In this document: positions 8,387 through 17,646 of the stretch, in pieces
How the letters are laid out: each line of letters opens with the position of its first letter
How positions within the stretch are numbered: the stretch's first letter is position 1
Assembly: GCF_036323395.1 (NCBI RefSeq)
Contig: NZ_AP028907.1
Span: 2,040,001-2,072,000 of the forward strand
Source of the DNA: Pyrodictium abyssi
GTDB lineage: Archaea; Thermoproteota; Thermoprotei_A; Sulfolobales; Pyrodictiaceae
DNA: 32,000 nucleotides
Direction: 5' to 3'
Notes under the pieces: generated by a model
The model's input: the letters and a program-made list of their open reading frames with translations, nothing else
Told to the model about the DNA's origin: nothing
Databases searched by the model: none
Program-made: the position numbers and the translations under genes

Positions 8387-8582
8387 TCCCTCATGCCTTC
8401 GGAGCCGGAGGTTCCAGCTCCTAGCCCCGGCGGATCCGTCACGCAGTCATCTAGCCGGCTTATTCTACTCAAATCATAAGGATGTTGAGGCAGGACGTCT
8501 TTAGCTAGAACTCTTGTGGAGTGTTTATCCCTTCTAGCAGGAATTTGGATCTCCTAGCGATGGATAATGAAGCGGTGTAAGG

Positions 8583-9032
8583 CTAGCAGATATACTTTCT
8601 AGTGAGGCTACTTAGCTTGCTGCACAGCTTCTTTGTCTCCTCTATAAGGTCTTCGCGTATGCCGAAGTATATAGTACCGTCGAGCAAGGGACCTACAATG
8701 GTTGCATCTATCTGGTTCCTTGTAAGCTCCTCCACAATTCTCTCCGCTTCCTCGAGGCTTTCTACCTTGTAGCGCCTGTACTTGGCTACTACTATACCCC
8801 AGCAGCAGTCTGGCTTTACCCCTTCATCTCCTCGTGTAGGACCGCTGCTCCTTGGCTTGGGGAAGCAGTAGACCTCCAACTCTGTGCCGTCATCGAATAT
8901 GAGGTCGAATCCGTTGTCGCCTACCCTTGCTCCTACGACTTCCAGGCCTAGGAGCTTGCTAAGCTCTCTAGTAACCTCCTTCTTCCGGTCCTCCGATATA
9001 CCACCAAACATTACAGTTATATACAATCCCAA
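8583..9032 (-). CDS. Hypothetical protein
   Basis: 149 aa: MGLYITVMFGGISEDRKKEVTRELSKLLGLEVVGARVGDNGFDLIFDDGTELEVYCFPKPR... Coherent amino-acid composition; no family recognised. Confidence 0.6.
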   Translation of the reverse strand: MGLYITVMFGGISEDRKKEVTRELSKLLGLEVVGARVGDNGFDLIFDDGTELEVYCFPKPRSSGPTRGDEGVKPDCCWGIVVAKYRRYKVESLEEAERIVEELTRNQIDATIVGPLLDGTIYFGIREDLIEETKKLCSKLSSLTRKYIC

Positions 9033-9085
9033 ATCCTAAATCTAAGAGTTACATTACTCGAGAGCCGTATACTATGGCTTACGGT

Positions 9086-9373
9086 CTAATGAGTGCTAGG
9101 TGCCTTTTCTCCCTTACTACCCTGGTGGCGTTGCCAGAGCGTGTTTCCCTCCTCGTCTTCGATGGCTACTACCCGGTGGAGCGGTATAACGGTGCCGTCT
9201 TCTAGCACTAGGTGGCTCCGGGTCACCCTGGCTATGCGCTCCCGGGGTATCCTCTTGAGGCCGGTTGCTGTGCCGCGCTCGGCTATGACGACGTAGCCCG
9301 TGGAGGATGTGTGGAAAAACCTCGCTACGGCCTGGTGTATCTCTCCGCGCCGCCCGGTCAACAGTGCGTGCAC
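9086..9373 (-). CDS. UPF0248/DUF504 family protein
   Basis: C-terminal part of ORF 9086..9565: GYVVIAERGTATGLKRIPRERIARVTRSHLVLEDGTVIPLHRVVAIEDEEGNTLWQR, matching the DUF504 'IPlHRi..I...G.v.W.R' signature. A GTG at 9373 is a plausible start; residues upstream of it overlap the flavin reductase gene in another frame. Confidence 0.65.
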   Translation of the reverse strand: MHALLTGRRGEIHQAVARFFHTSSTGYVVIAERGTATGLKRIPRERIARVTRSHLVLEDGTVIPLHRVVAIEDEEGNTLWQRHQGSKGEKAPSTH

Positions 9374-9416
9374 CCTCCGGGGTGGTCTCCCAGGGGGTCT
9401 CCGCTGGCCCCTCCTT

Positions 9417-10022
9417 CTAGCTCCGCGGCGTCCTCCGCGGGGTGTATATGCCGCTGTTCGTGGTGAAGGCGCGGCCGGTGCTGTGGAGGAGTATCCTGGC
9501 CTTGCGCAGCTCCCAGCCGTAACGTGGGTTGTAGAGCCCGGCGTCAGCGTAGGCGGCGGCGACATCCGCTACTACTAGGTGGACGTCGTCGGCGAGGTCG
9601 CTGAGGACCCGGTATACCCGCGCCTCAACCACGCCTACCGGCCGCGGCTTGACCAGCCTCGGGGCCCCGGTGACCGTGTCGCGGGCGACCTCGGCGCCGA
9701 GGAGCCTCAGCTTGTCCACCTTCCTGCCGCTGGTCGTGCCGGCGGCGTAGACGAAGTCCACCTCGTCGACCGTGAATACGTTGACGGTGAATACTCCGGA
9801 CTCTATTATCAGCTCCGGGGTGTAGGCCTCCTTGTCGAGCGCCGCCACTATCCGCGGGGGCTCCTCGCTGAACGGCATGACCCAGGACGCCGACATGAAG
9901 TTTACCCGGCCCCGGGCCTCGGCTACGAGCACGTAGGCCGGCCGGGGTGCTAGGACGCGGGGCCACCGCTCGCCAGCGTCCACATAGCCCTGGGGGATTC
10001 CGGCCAAGACTGCTCCACCCAC
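9417..10022 (-). CDS. Flavin reductase-like (FMN-binding split-barrel) protein
   Basis: 201 aa: LAPRPAYVLVAEARGRVNFMSASWVMPFSEEPPRIVAALDKEAYTPELIIESGVFTVNVF... RKVDKLRLLGAEVARD, typical of the flavin reductase domain. Confidence 0.85.
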   Translation of the reverse strand: MGGAVLAGIPQGYVDAGERWPRVLAPRPAYVLVAEARGRVNFMSASWVMPFSEEPPRIVAALDKEAYTPELIIESGVFTVNVFTVDEVDFVYAAGTTSGRKVDKLRLLGAEVARDTVTGAPRLVKPRPVGVVEARVYRVLSDLADDVHLVVADVAAAYADAGLYNPRYGWELRKARILLHSTGRAFTTNSGIYTPRRTPRS

Positions 10023-10190
10023 GGCACTACTGCCTAGGCCCGGTCCTCTTTACCGATGCCTGCCTCCCGGGGCCGCGTAGCCGCCGGGCAGATGTAGCCG
10101 GGGACGTACGCTATAATTGGGGGTCACGAGGGTAGGGCCTCCCTGGGGAAACCACTCGGCCGAGGACGAGGACGCGGGGTGTAAACACGT

Positions 10191-11645
10191 ATGAGCGCGA
10201 GGATACCCCTGAAGAGGGTTAGCGACTACGAATGGATGATACCCAAGGGCGCTAAGCCCTGCATGAGGGTCCCCTCGATAATCTTCGCCGACGACTTCCT
10301 GCTCGAGAAGATGAAGGGCGACCTCACGCTAGTACAGGCTGCCAACGTTGCATGCCTCCAGGGTATACAGAAGTACAGCATCGTGATGCCAGACGGCCAC
10401 CAGGGCTACGGCTTCCCCATTGGCGGCGTAGCGGCCATGTCTATAGACGAGGATGGTGTGATAAGCCCCGGCGGTGTGGGCTACGACATCAACTGTGGCG
10501 TGCGCGTCATACGTACAAACCTCGACGTAAAGGATGTGAAGCCTAAGCTACGCGAGCTCATAGAGGAGCTGTTCCGCAACATACCCAGCGGCCTCGGCAG
10601 CACAGGCAAGGTTCGTCTCAGCGTGCAGGAGCTAGACCGGGTGCTGAACGAGGGTGTCGAGTGGGCGGTGCAGAAGGGCTACGGCTGGGCTGACGACCCG
10701 GAGCACATCGAGGAGCGGGGTAGCTGGAGCCTGGCAGACGCTAGCAAGGTGAGCCAGCGCGCTAAGAGACGTGGTGCCGAGCAGCTAGGCACCCTCGGCA
10801 GCGGCAACCACTTCCTCGAGGTACAAGTTGTCGACAAGATATACGAGCCAGAGATAGCCAAGGCCATGGGCATAACCCACGAGGGCCAGATAATAGTTAT
10901 GGTGCACACCGGCAGCCGTGGCCTAGGCCACCAGGTCGCGAGCGACTACCTAATGATAATGGAGCGCGCCATGAGGAAGTACGGTATAAGGCCGCCAGAC
11001 CGCGAGCTGGCCAGCGTGCCCTACAGCACCCGCGAGGCCCAGGACTACCTCCGCGCAATGGCCGCTGCGGCGAACTTCGCCTGGACCAATAGGCAGCTCA
11101 TAACCTACTGGACGCGTGAGAGCTTCCAGCGCGTATTCCACCGCGACCCAGACCAGCTCGACATGAAGATAGTCTACGACGTAGCCCATAACATAGCCAA
11201 GATAGAGGAGCACGACGTAGACGGCAAGAAGATGAAGGTCATAGTGCACCGTAAGGGCGCTACAAGGGCCTTCCCGCCAGGCCACCCAGAGATACCCAAG
11301 GACTACCAGTCAATAGGCCAGCCCGTGCTCATACCCGGCAGCATGGGCACAGCGAGCTACATACTGGTAGGCGTCCCCACGGGCGCCCGCGCCTGGTTCA
11401 CAGCACCCCACGGCGCAGGCCGCTGGATGAGCCGCGCAGCAGCCAAGAGAAGCAGGAGCTACCACGAGGTCATAAGGGAGCTAGAGCAGAAGGGCATACT
11501 GATACGCGCTAGCAACCGCGCCACGGTTGTAGAGGAGATGCCACAGGCCTACAAGGACGTAGACCGCGTAGCCCTCGTAGCCCACAAGGTAGGCATAGCA
11601 AATATCGTCGTAAGGCTACGCCCCATAGCGGTAACGAAGGGCTAA
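10191..11645 (+). CDS. rtcB: RNA-splicing ligase RtcB
   Basis: 484 aa; PDGHQGYGFPIGGVAAMSIDEDGVISPGGVGYDINCGVRVIRTNL, TLGSGNHFLEVQVVD, HTGSRGLGHQVASDY, GSMGTASYILVG, HGAGRWMSRAAAKR. No intein visible. Confidence 0.98.
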   Translation: MSARIPLKRVSDYEWMIPKGAKPCMRVPSIIFADDFLLEKMKGDLTLVQAANVACLQGIQKYSIVMPDGHQGYGFPIGGVAAMSIDEDGVISPGGVGYDINCGVRVIRTNLDVKDVKPKLRELIEELFRNIPSGLGSTGKVRLSVQELDRVLNEGVEWAVQKGYGWADDPEHIEERGSWSLADASKVSQRAKRRGAEQLGTLGSGNHFLEVQVVDKIYEPEIAKAMGITHEGQIIVMVHTGSRGLGHQVASDYLMIMERAMRKYGIRPPDRELASVPYSTREAQDYLRAMAAAANFAWTNRQLITYWTRESFQRVFHRDPDQLDMKIVYDVAHNIAKIEEHDVDGKKMKVIVHRKGATRAFPPGHPEIPKDYQSIGQPVLIPGSMGTASYILVGVPTGARAWFTAPHGAGRWMSRAAAKRSRSYHEVIRELEQKGILIRASNRATVVEEMPQAYKDVDRVALVAHKVGIANIVVRLRPIAVTKG

Positions 11646-11856
11646 CACCCGTCTCCTACCCGCTAGCATTTTTGCGCACACAGGCTTAGCACAACCGCAT
11701 ACTTCTAGGCTCAGCTAGGCACCCCCGGCTAAGCCGTCCCTCTGCCCGTGTATGCGCAGTAGTAGACGATGGAGCCACCCTGTTGTCGTGAGCGTGGCTG
11801 GCATAAGAACCCCTATCAGCCAGCAGGTCCTTAGAGACTCCCCGGGGGCTGAGAGA

Positions 11857-12363
11857 ATGAGCGGTGAAGGCCCATTCGAAGACATTGAGAAGGGTCTACA
11901 CGAGGTACTAGCCAGGCTAGAGTGCCCCGGCTACGCACATGCACCTCACACAGCCGACGTCCTTATAGTAGCGCGTGGGCGCAGCCTTGAGGAGGCATTC
12001 GAGCAGGCAGCACGCGGCGTCTACGAGGTCATAACCGATACGGGCAAGGTCGAGCCGCGCGAGGAACGGGTAATAGAGACCAGCGGGGTGGACCTATACC
12101 AGCTCCTCTACCGGTGGATAGAGGACCTCCTCTTCTACACAGACAGCGAGGGCCTCGTGTTCTCCAAGTTCAAGGTGGAGCGCATAGAGCGGGTCGGCGA
12201 GGGCGAGGAGGCAGAATACCGTCTAAAGGGCAAGGCTTGGGGCGAGCCGTTCAACGAGGAGAAGCACCCGCACCGCACTATAGTCAAGGCGATGACGTAT
12301 GCTATGATGGAGATTGTGAAGGAGAATGGCTGCTGGCGGGTGCAGTTCGTAGTCGACATATAG
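11857..12363 (+). CDS. Archease (RtcB cofactor)
   Basis: From in-frame ATG 11857 within ORF 11752..12363: HTADVLIVARGRSLEEAFEQAARGVYEVITD... WIEDLLFYTDSEGLVFSKFKVERI... EPFNEEKHPHRTIVKAMTYAMMEI. Downstream of rtcB. Confidence 0.93.
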   Translation: MSGEGPFEDIEKGLHEVLARLECPGYAHAPHTADVLIVARGRSLEEAFEQAARGVYEVITDTGKVEPREERVIETSGVDLYQLLYRWIEDLLFYTDSEGLVFSKFKVERIERVGEGEEAEYRLKGKAWGEPFNEEKHPHRTIVKAMTYAMMEIVKENGCWRVQFVVDI

Positions 12364-12548
12364 CATGTGTCCGCCACTCTTGCCTCCTGCATCTACATGG
12401 CCGGTGTTGGGCCGGGTATACTGTCGGGTTTTCTACCCGGTGGAGCACTAATTTCACCCGTATTCTACGCGCTCTAGCCTCTGGTGGGCCCGTAGTGGGT
12501 CTCCTCGATAGCTTGCTACGCGGCCTAGTAGTACGCCGCCCCAGCGCT

Positions 12549-12866
12549 ATGGACGGAGACGCGCCCCGCGGGCCGCTAGCTGATAGGCTGCGTGAAGCCG
12601 AGGAGGCCCTGAGAAGCGTAATGCTCCCCGGCTACGATGTTGACATAGTCTCCGCGGGGCTCGTCGAGAGAATACGTGTGAGCCGCGACGGGAAATCCGT
12701 CATGGTCGTGCTCGGGTATAGCAAGAGCAATCCTGGCTGCAGCTTCTGCCGCTTCATAAGCAGCGTTGCGTGGGCCCGGATAGTCCGGGGGACTAGAGAG
12801 GCTCTGGCGGCTAGGGGGTTCACCAGGATAGTGCTCGTTGATGGCGCTACGGGTGCGGAGCTCTAA
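12549..12866 (+). CDS. DUF59/MIP18-like Fe-S assembly-related small protein
   Basis: From ATG 12549 in ORF 12114..12866: LREAEEALRSVMLPGYDVDIVSAGLVERIRVSRDGKSVMVVLGYSKSNPGCSFCRFISSVAWARIV, with overall DUF59 layout. Confidence 0.6.
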   Translation: MDGDAPRGPLADRLREAEEALRSVMLPGYDVDIVSAGLVERIRVSRDGKSVMVVLGYSKSNPGCSFCRFISSVAWARIVRGTREALAARGFTRIVLVDGATGAEL

Positions 12867-12892
12867 GCCCAGCAAGAAAGGGAGGATGAGGT

Positions 12893-14860
12893 CTAGTCCT
12901 CATTCGCGCCGGCTATGTGTCTGTCGAGCCAGTCTAGTATGAGCTGGAGCCTCTTCACGCGGTGCTTGGGCCTGCCGCTACGGGATAGGTCATGGTTCTC
13001 GCCGGGGAATATCGCTAGCTTCGTCTCCACGCCACGGAGCTTCAGCGCTGTGTAGAGCTGCAGCGCCTGGTCGAGCCAGCAGCGATAGTCCTCGCTAGAG
13101 TGGATTATCAGGGTCGGTGTACTAGCCTTGTCCATGTACTTGAGGGGGCTCTTGTCCCAGCAGAGGCTGCTGTTCCTCCATGGTGTGCAGCATAGCTGGT
13201 CTTCGACGAAGTACCAGCCTATGTCCGTGGTCCCGTACATGCTTATCCAGTTCGATATACCCCTCATGGATACTGCTGCGCGGAAGAAGCCTGTGTGGCC
13301 TATGATCCAGTTGGTCATGAAGCCGCCGTAGCTCCCGCCCATCACCGCGGCGCGGTCCCGGGGGAGCCCAAGCTTCTCCACAGCGTACTCGACGGCCTCC
13401 ATGAGGTCCATGTAGTCGCGTTCGCCGTACCCGCACCTTATATCGGCGAACTCCTCGCTATAGCCGTCGCTGCCCCGGGGGTTCACGTAGACGACGGTGT
13501 AGCCGCTGGAGGCTAGCACCTGGAACTCGTGCATGAACCCGTAGCCCCACATGGTCTTGGGGCCGCCGTGGATGTAGAGCACCCAGCCCTTCTCAGCCAC
13601 GCCCTCTGGTGGCCGGAGCACCCAGCCCTCTACGGTGGTGCCGTCGCTAGCCCTGAAGCTGAACCTCCTCGGCCGGGCTAGCCGGTAGCGCCTCCTCCAG
13701 GCCTCGGTGTGCCGTGTGACCCTGCGGGCCTCCCTGTCCCGGTACAGGTACAGCTCCTTGGGCTCCGTCGGGGTCATCATGGTGTAGGCTATTGTCGAGC
13801 CGTCCCGGCTAGCGGAGAACTCGTCTACCACGGCCTCGCCGGGGTCTAGTACGGGCTCCGGCTCCATGCCGGGCTGGACGCGGTACAGGGCTACACGCCC
13901 CGAGTCGCTCACGAGGAAGTATATGCCGCGCATAGTCCACTGTAGCTTCTTGAGGCAGCTACGGAACCGGACGTCGCTGTTCATAGTGTTCACGGCGTTG
14001 CGGTCCAGGCTACAGGTGAGGCACTCCAGGCTCCCTGTCTCGGGGTTTAGGAGCATTATCTTCTGGTGGCTCGAGAAGCCCCTCTCGCCGCGGTGCCCCA
14101 GGTAGGCTAGGAGCCTGCCGTCGGGGCTCCAGGCTAGCTCCCCGTAGCCCCTCAGGCCCTGGGCGACTACCCGCGCTTCCCCGGCCTCCACGTCGTAGAC
14201 GTAGACGTCGAGCAGGTATGGCCGCAACATGTCAGTGGCGACGCTCAGTGCTATCCTCTTGCCGTCGGGGCTCCACGCTACGTCGCCAACCTGTAGCCAG
14301 TCGAGGCCAAGCTCTATCCTCTCCATAACGCCGGAGTCCACGTCGACTATGAAGGGCTCTACACGGGTCTTGTAGACGAAGCCCTTACCGTTGAACCATA
14401 CTGGCAGCGTCTCTACCTCCTTTACGTCCTCGTCCGGCCTCCCGACCGGCAGCGCTGCTGCTATCCTCTTGCCGTCGGGGCTCCAGGAGAGCGAGACCAC
14501 GCCCTCGACCCGGGCTACTAGCTGGCTGGCGCCAGGCGCGTCGATGCTCGCTAGCCTGAGCTCTATACCCGGGAGCTTCGCGGCCCTCCGGTCCCTCTGC
14601 TCAGCCTTCCGGGCGAAGACGTAGCGCCGGCCATCCGGCCCTGGCACCGGGCACGTATCCCGGGGCCCACTCTGGAGCACAAACTGCTCGCTGCTGTCAA
14701 CCCTCACGGCTAGTATGCTCGACTCGTAGCTATCAGTGGCTAGGCTCACACGCGCAGCGGTGTAGAGAGCGTAGCGGCCATCGGGAGTCACAGCAGGGTT
14801 CGAGACGAGGACAAGACCGTCGAGGCTCTCCGGGCTAAGCCTCTTTTCAGCGCCGGGCAC
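12893..14860 (-). CDS. S9-family (prolyl oligopeptidase / acylaminoacyl peptidase) serine peptidase
   Basis: ORF 12893..14941: N-terminal propeller; C-terminal hydrolase with GWVLYIHGGPKTMWGYG, GSYGGFMTNWIIGH nucleophile elbow, and DHxx-type catalytic region. A GTG at 14860 preceded by GGGAGGAG with a 7 nt spacer is the preferred start over 14941. Confidence 0.93.
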   Translation of the reverse strand: MPGAEKRLSPESLDGLVLVSNPAVTPDGRYALYTAARVSLATDSYESSILAVRVDSSEQFVLQSGPRDTCPVPGPDGRRYVFARKAEQRDRRAAKLPGIELRLASIDAPGASQLVARVEGVVSLSWSPDGKRIAAALPVGRPDEDVKEVETLPVWFNGKGFVYKTRVEPFIVDVDSGVMERIELGLDWLQVGDVAWSPDGKRIALSVATDMLRPYLLDVYVYDVEAGEARVVAQGLRGYGELAWSPDGRLLAYLGHRGERGFSSHQKIMLLNPETGSLECLTCSLDRNAVNTMNSDVRFRSCLKKLQWTMRGIYFLVSDSGRVALYRVQPGMEPEPVLDPGEAVVDEFSASRDGSTIAYTMMTPTEPKELYLYRDREARRVTRHTEAWRRRYRLARPRRFSFRASDGTTVEGWVLRPPEGVAEKGWVLYIHGGPKTMWGYGFMHEFQVLASSGYTVVYVNPRGSDGYSEEFADIRCGYGERDYMDLMEAVEYAVEKLGLPRDRAAVMGGSYGGFMTNWIIGHTGFFRAAVSMRGISNWISMYGTTDIGWYFVEDQLCCTPWRNSSLCWDKSPLKYMDKASTPTLIIHSSEDYRCWLDQALQLYTALKLRGVETKLAIFPGENHDLSRSGRPKHRVKRLQLILDWLDRHIAGANED

Positions 14861-14900
14861 GGCTAGGCTCCTCCCACAGCCCGGGGGAACCCGCCACTCT

Positions 14901-15563
14901 ATGGTGAAAAGTGTCGTGCCGCTCCGTATAGTCGACCTCACCCAGCCACTAGGGCCCGAGACCCGGGTCTACCCCGGCGACCCGCCAGTAAGAGTGGAGA
15001 CCATAGCCGAGATAGGGAGAGACGGCTACTACAACAGGGTTCTGCATATACACGAGCACGTCGGCACACACGTGGACGCGCCAGCCCACATGATAGAGGG
15101 AGGAGCCACTATCGACTCGATAGAGCCTACGCGGCTCGTAGCACCGGCGATAGTCATGGACTTGTCGAACGCGTGTGGCGCGGTCACTAGCCGCGAGATA
15201 CTGATGGCTCTCCGGCTCCGCCGGCTCCCCTTGCCCCGGGAGGGCTGGTACCTCCTACTACGCATCGGCGGTGGCTGCCGTAGCATCTCGGTAGAGGCTG
15301 CCGAGTGGATGGTCCGACAGAAGCTCGGGGGCTTGGGGGTGGACGCTGCTAGCCCGGATGGCCCGCCCTACAGTGTTCACCGGATACTCCTCTCCAGCGG
15401 CGTGGTGATAGTGGAGAACCTCCACATACCGGGTTGGCTCGACGGCGAAAAGGTTACGGTAATAGTGGCCCCTCTCCCGGTCAGGGGCGGTAGCGGTGCT
15501 CCTGCACGGGTGTACGCGCTGCTGGATGGCGGCAGACTGGGCGAGTGGCTCAGGGGAGAGTAG
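14901..15563 (+). CDS. Cyclase family protein (kynurenine formamidase-like)
   Basis: 220 aa; IVDLTQPLGPETRVYPGDPPV, HEHVGTHVDAPAHMIEGGATIDSI, typical HxGTHxDAPxH motif. Confidence 0.93.
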   Translation: MVKSVVPLRIVDLTQPLGPETRVYPGDPPVRVETIAEIGRDGYYNRVLHIHEHVGTHVDAPAHMIEGGATIDSIEPTRLVAPAIVMDLSNACGAVTSREILMALRLRRLPLPREGWYLLLRIGGGCRSISVEAAEWMVRQKLGGLGVDAASPDGPPYSVHRILLSSGVVIVENLHIPGWLDGEKVTVIVAPLPVRGGSGAPARVYALLDGGRLGEWLRGE

Positions 15564-15661
15564 CGTATAACCCTCCACCCGTGTGTCCCTGCTCGGCTAG
15601 GGCCTGCTATCCGGTGGCGTGCAGCGTCTCGGCCTAGTCCTCTAAGCGGTGGCGGCAGAGG

Positions 15662-17251
15662 ATGACGCGCCGAGTAGGCGGAGACATCGATGTGGGCGGA
15701 GAGCTTGTCCTACGTGTACCCCCTCTACTGCGCTACGTAGCGCTCCCGGTGGCAGCGGCTGGCATCTCTCACTTACTCTCGGCAACCATAGGCTTTCTCG
15801 AAGGGGATACAGTCTACTCTACGGTGCTAATGCTCTGGGCAATCATATACCTCTCGGCATCGGTAGCCTGGATGTCGATACTCCAGCCCTCCCGCAGCCT
15901 ATCCAAGGAGGAGGCTCTAGTGCTAGTCGGGTTCAGCTGGCTCGCCACCCCGCTCCTCTCGGCCATTCCCGTCGCCTACGCGCTCGGCGTCCCGCTTATC
16001 GACGCGTGGTTTGAGTCGATAAGCGGCTTCACCACCACCGGTCTAAGCGTGTTCACGGGAGGTGTTGACCCCGATTACGGCAAATACGTGCCAGCAGTCG
16101 AGGAGCTCCCCCTCAGCATACTATGGTGGCGCGCGGTAACCGAGTGGCTTGGTGGCTTCGGCATAGTTGTAATGTTCTACGTGTTCGCCCGCCTAGGCGG
16201 CTTGCCGGCGCACCTGGTAGGCTTCGCTGAGGGGAGGTTCGAGCGGTTAGAGCCCAGCATAGCCAAGAGCATACAAGCACTCATGACGCTCTACATGTTC
16301 CTGACTACACTTGGCGCCATAATACTCTACCTAGCCGGGATGACGCCCATGGATGCTGTGTACCACTCGATGACAGGTATAGCGACAGGCGGCTTTAGCA
16401 CACATAGCGAGAGTATAGCCTTCTACAACTCAGTCCTGGTGGAGGCAGCAGCCATAGTAGTAATGGCTCTAGGCGCCGCCAACTTTGCAGACCTCTACGC
16501 AGTGGTTAAGGGGATCCCGAGGAGGTTTAGCCGCGAGATAGAATCCTTCATAGCAGTAGCAGCAACATCCATAGCGCTGGGCACGCTCATGCTCTACGTG
16601 ACCGGCTGGTCGCCCTACCACCCACTACGCGAGGCAGCATTCGACGTGGTAACAGCGCTCTCTGGCACTGGTTTCGGGATAAGCGACCTCTCGAGCGCCC
16701 CGGATGCGTGGAAAGCCTTCCTCGTACCGCTAATGCTCATAGGCGGCTCAGCATTCTCAACAACGGGCGGCATCAAGCAGTACCGGTTAATGGTCCTAGC
16801 GAAGAACATTGTCTGGACGGTGACAGAGACCGTCTACGGTACTAGCAGGATAACGGTACGCCGTGTCGGAGGCTACGTGGCGACCGAGCAGGAGCTTAGG
16901 AGAGTAATGACAATTGTAACACTGTTTGTCGTGACCCATGCTGCTGGGACACTGGCTCTGCTCCTCATTCTTCCCGACCGGAGCCTCGCGGACGCAGCCT
17001 TCGAGGCGGCAAGCGCTCTCGGCACAGTGGGGCTGAGCGTAGGCATAACAGGGGCCACTGCGCCGTGGCAGGCGAAGGCAGTACTAATGGTCCTTATGAC
17101 GCTGGGTAGGCTCGAGGTAGCAGGTTTCCTCTACATGCTCGCGGCGACGACGAGGATCACGAGAAACCTGCGAGCACAGAAGCGTAGAAAACCGGCCACG
17201 CTGGCGCTCTGGCGAGAGCCGCCGTACGCGCGTTCAGGTCTATACCCCTAG
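15662..17251 (+). CDS. trkH: TrkH/KtrB-family potassium uptake channel subunit
   Basis: 529 aa with many transmembrane helices; ESISGFTTTGLSVFTG, WLGGFGIVVMF, MTGIATGGFSTHSES, LSGTGFGISDLSSAPDAWK, GSAFSTTGGIKQYR. Confidence 0.93.
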   Translation: MTRRVGGDIDVGGELVLRVPPLLRYVALPVAAAGISHLLSATIGFLEGDTVYSTVLMLWAIIYLSASVAWMSILQPSRSLSKEEALVLVGFSWLATPLLSAIPVAYALGVPLIDAWFESISGFTTTGLSVFTGGVDPDYGKYVPAVEELPLSILWWRAVTEWLGGFGIVVMFYVFARLGGLPAHLVGFAEGRFERLEPSIAKSIQALMTLYMFLTTLGAIILYLAGMTPMDAVYHSMTGIATGGFSTHSESIAFYNSVLVEAAAIVVMALGAANFADLYAVVKGIPRRFSREIESFIAVAATSIALGTLMLYVTGWSPYHPLREAAFDVVTALSGTGFGISDLSSAPDAWKAFLVPLMLIGGSAFSTTGGIKQYRLMVLAKNIVWTVTETVYGTSRITVRRVGGYVATEQELRRVMTIVTLFVVTHAAGTLALLLILPDRSLADAAFEAASALGTVGLSVGITGATAPWQAKAVLMVLMTLGRLEVAGFLYMLAATTRITRNLRAQKRRKPATLALWREPPYARSGLYP

Positions 17252-17562
17252 GCCGTGCCCGTGGCGGCTTCGTGCTGCTCGGCAACGGTCTGGGGCGGGG
17301 ACACTATAGCGAAGAGGGGCCTTTCAGCCCCGGCCTTGAGTGCCTCCAGCAGCTTCCTAGCATAGATGGTGGCGCTGTAAACCTTATAGCTCCCCTTGAC
17401 GAACACCGGCTCTATGACGCCAAGCGCCTCTAGGCACTGGAACGCAGCCAGCACAAGGTACCGCGGTAGGCCGGTCTCGACAACTACGTCGCCCGGCGAG
17501 ACCACGTCCCTGGACACTATCGCTTCAAGTATTGTAGCCAGCCTCTCGCGGCTAGCATCCAC
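17248..17562 (-). CDS. Small helix-turn-helix-like protein
   Basis: 104 aa; LATILEAIVSRDVVSPGDVVVETGLPRYLVLAAFQCLEALGVIEPVFVKGSYKVYSAT looks like a winged helix. Overlaps the trkH stop by 4 nt convergently. Confidence 0.5.
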   Translation of the reverse strand: MDASRERLATILEAIVSRDVVSPGDVVVETGLPRYLVLAAFQCLEALGVIEPVFVKGSYKVYSATIYARKLLEALKAGAERPLFAIVSPPQTVAEQHEAATGTA

Positions 17563-17646
17563 GGCTACAACCCCAGGCTAGGATGTAGGCTAGCCCAGAG
17601 GCCTAGAACCGCGCCGGGCTAGTAACACCGGGGCCCGCGGGACCCC

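Noticed and set aside
8397-8424. ggagccggaggttccagctcc as a terminator or regulatory hairpin
   Set aside because: Only a short 5-bp palindrome, easily expected by chance.
9947-10135. Plus-strand 62-aa ORF and 9579..9966 ORFs
   Set aside because: Shadow frames of the flavin reductase gene and its flank.
10191-11645. Possible intein in RtcB
   Set aside because: 484 aa with continuous canonical motifs; no insertion.
12114-12548. N-terminal part of ORF 12114..12866
   Set aside because: Overlaps archease in another frame; recognisable domain begins after ATG 12549.
13122-13436. Antisense/overlapping ORFs within the S9 peptidase
   Set aside because: Composition and position indicate GC-driven shadow ORFs.
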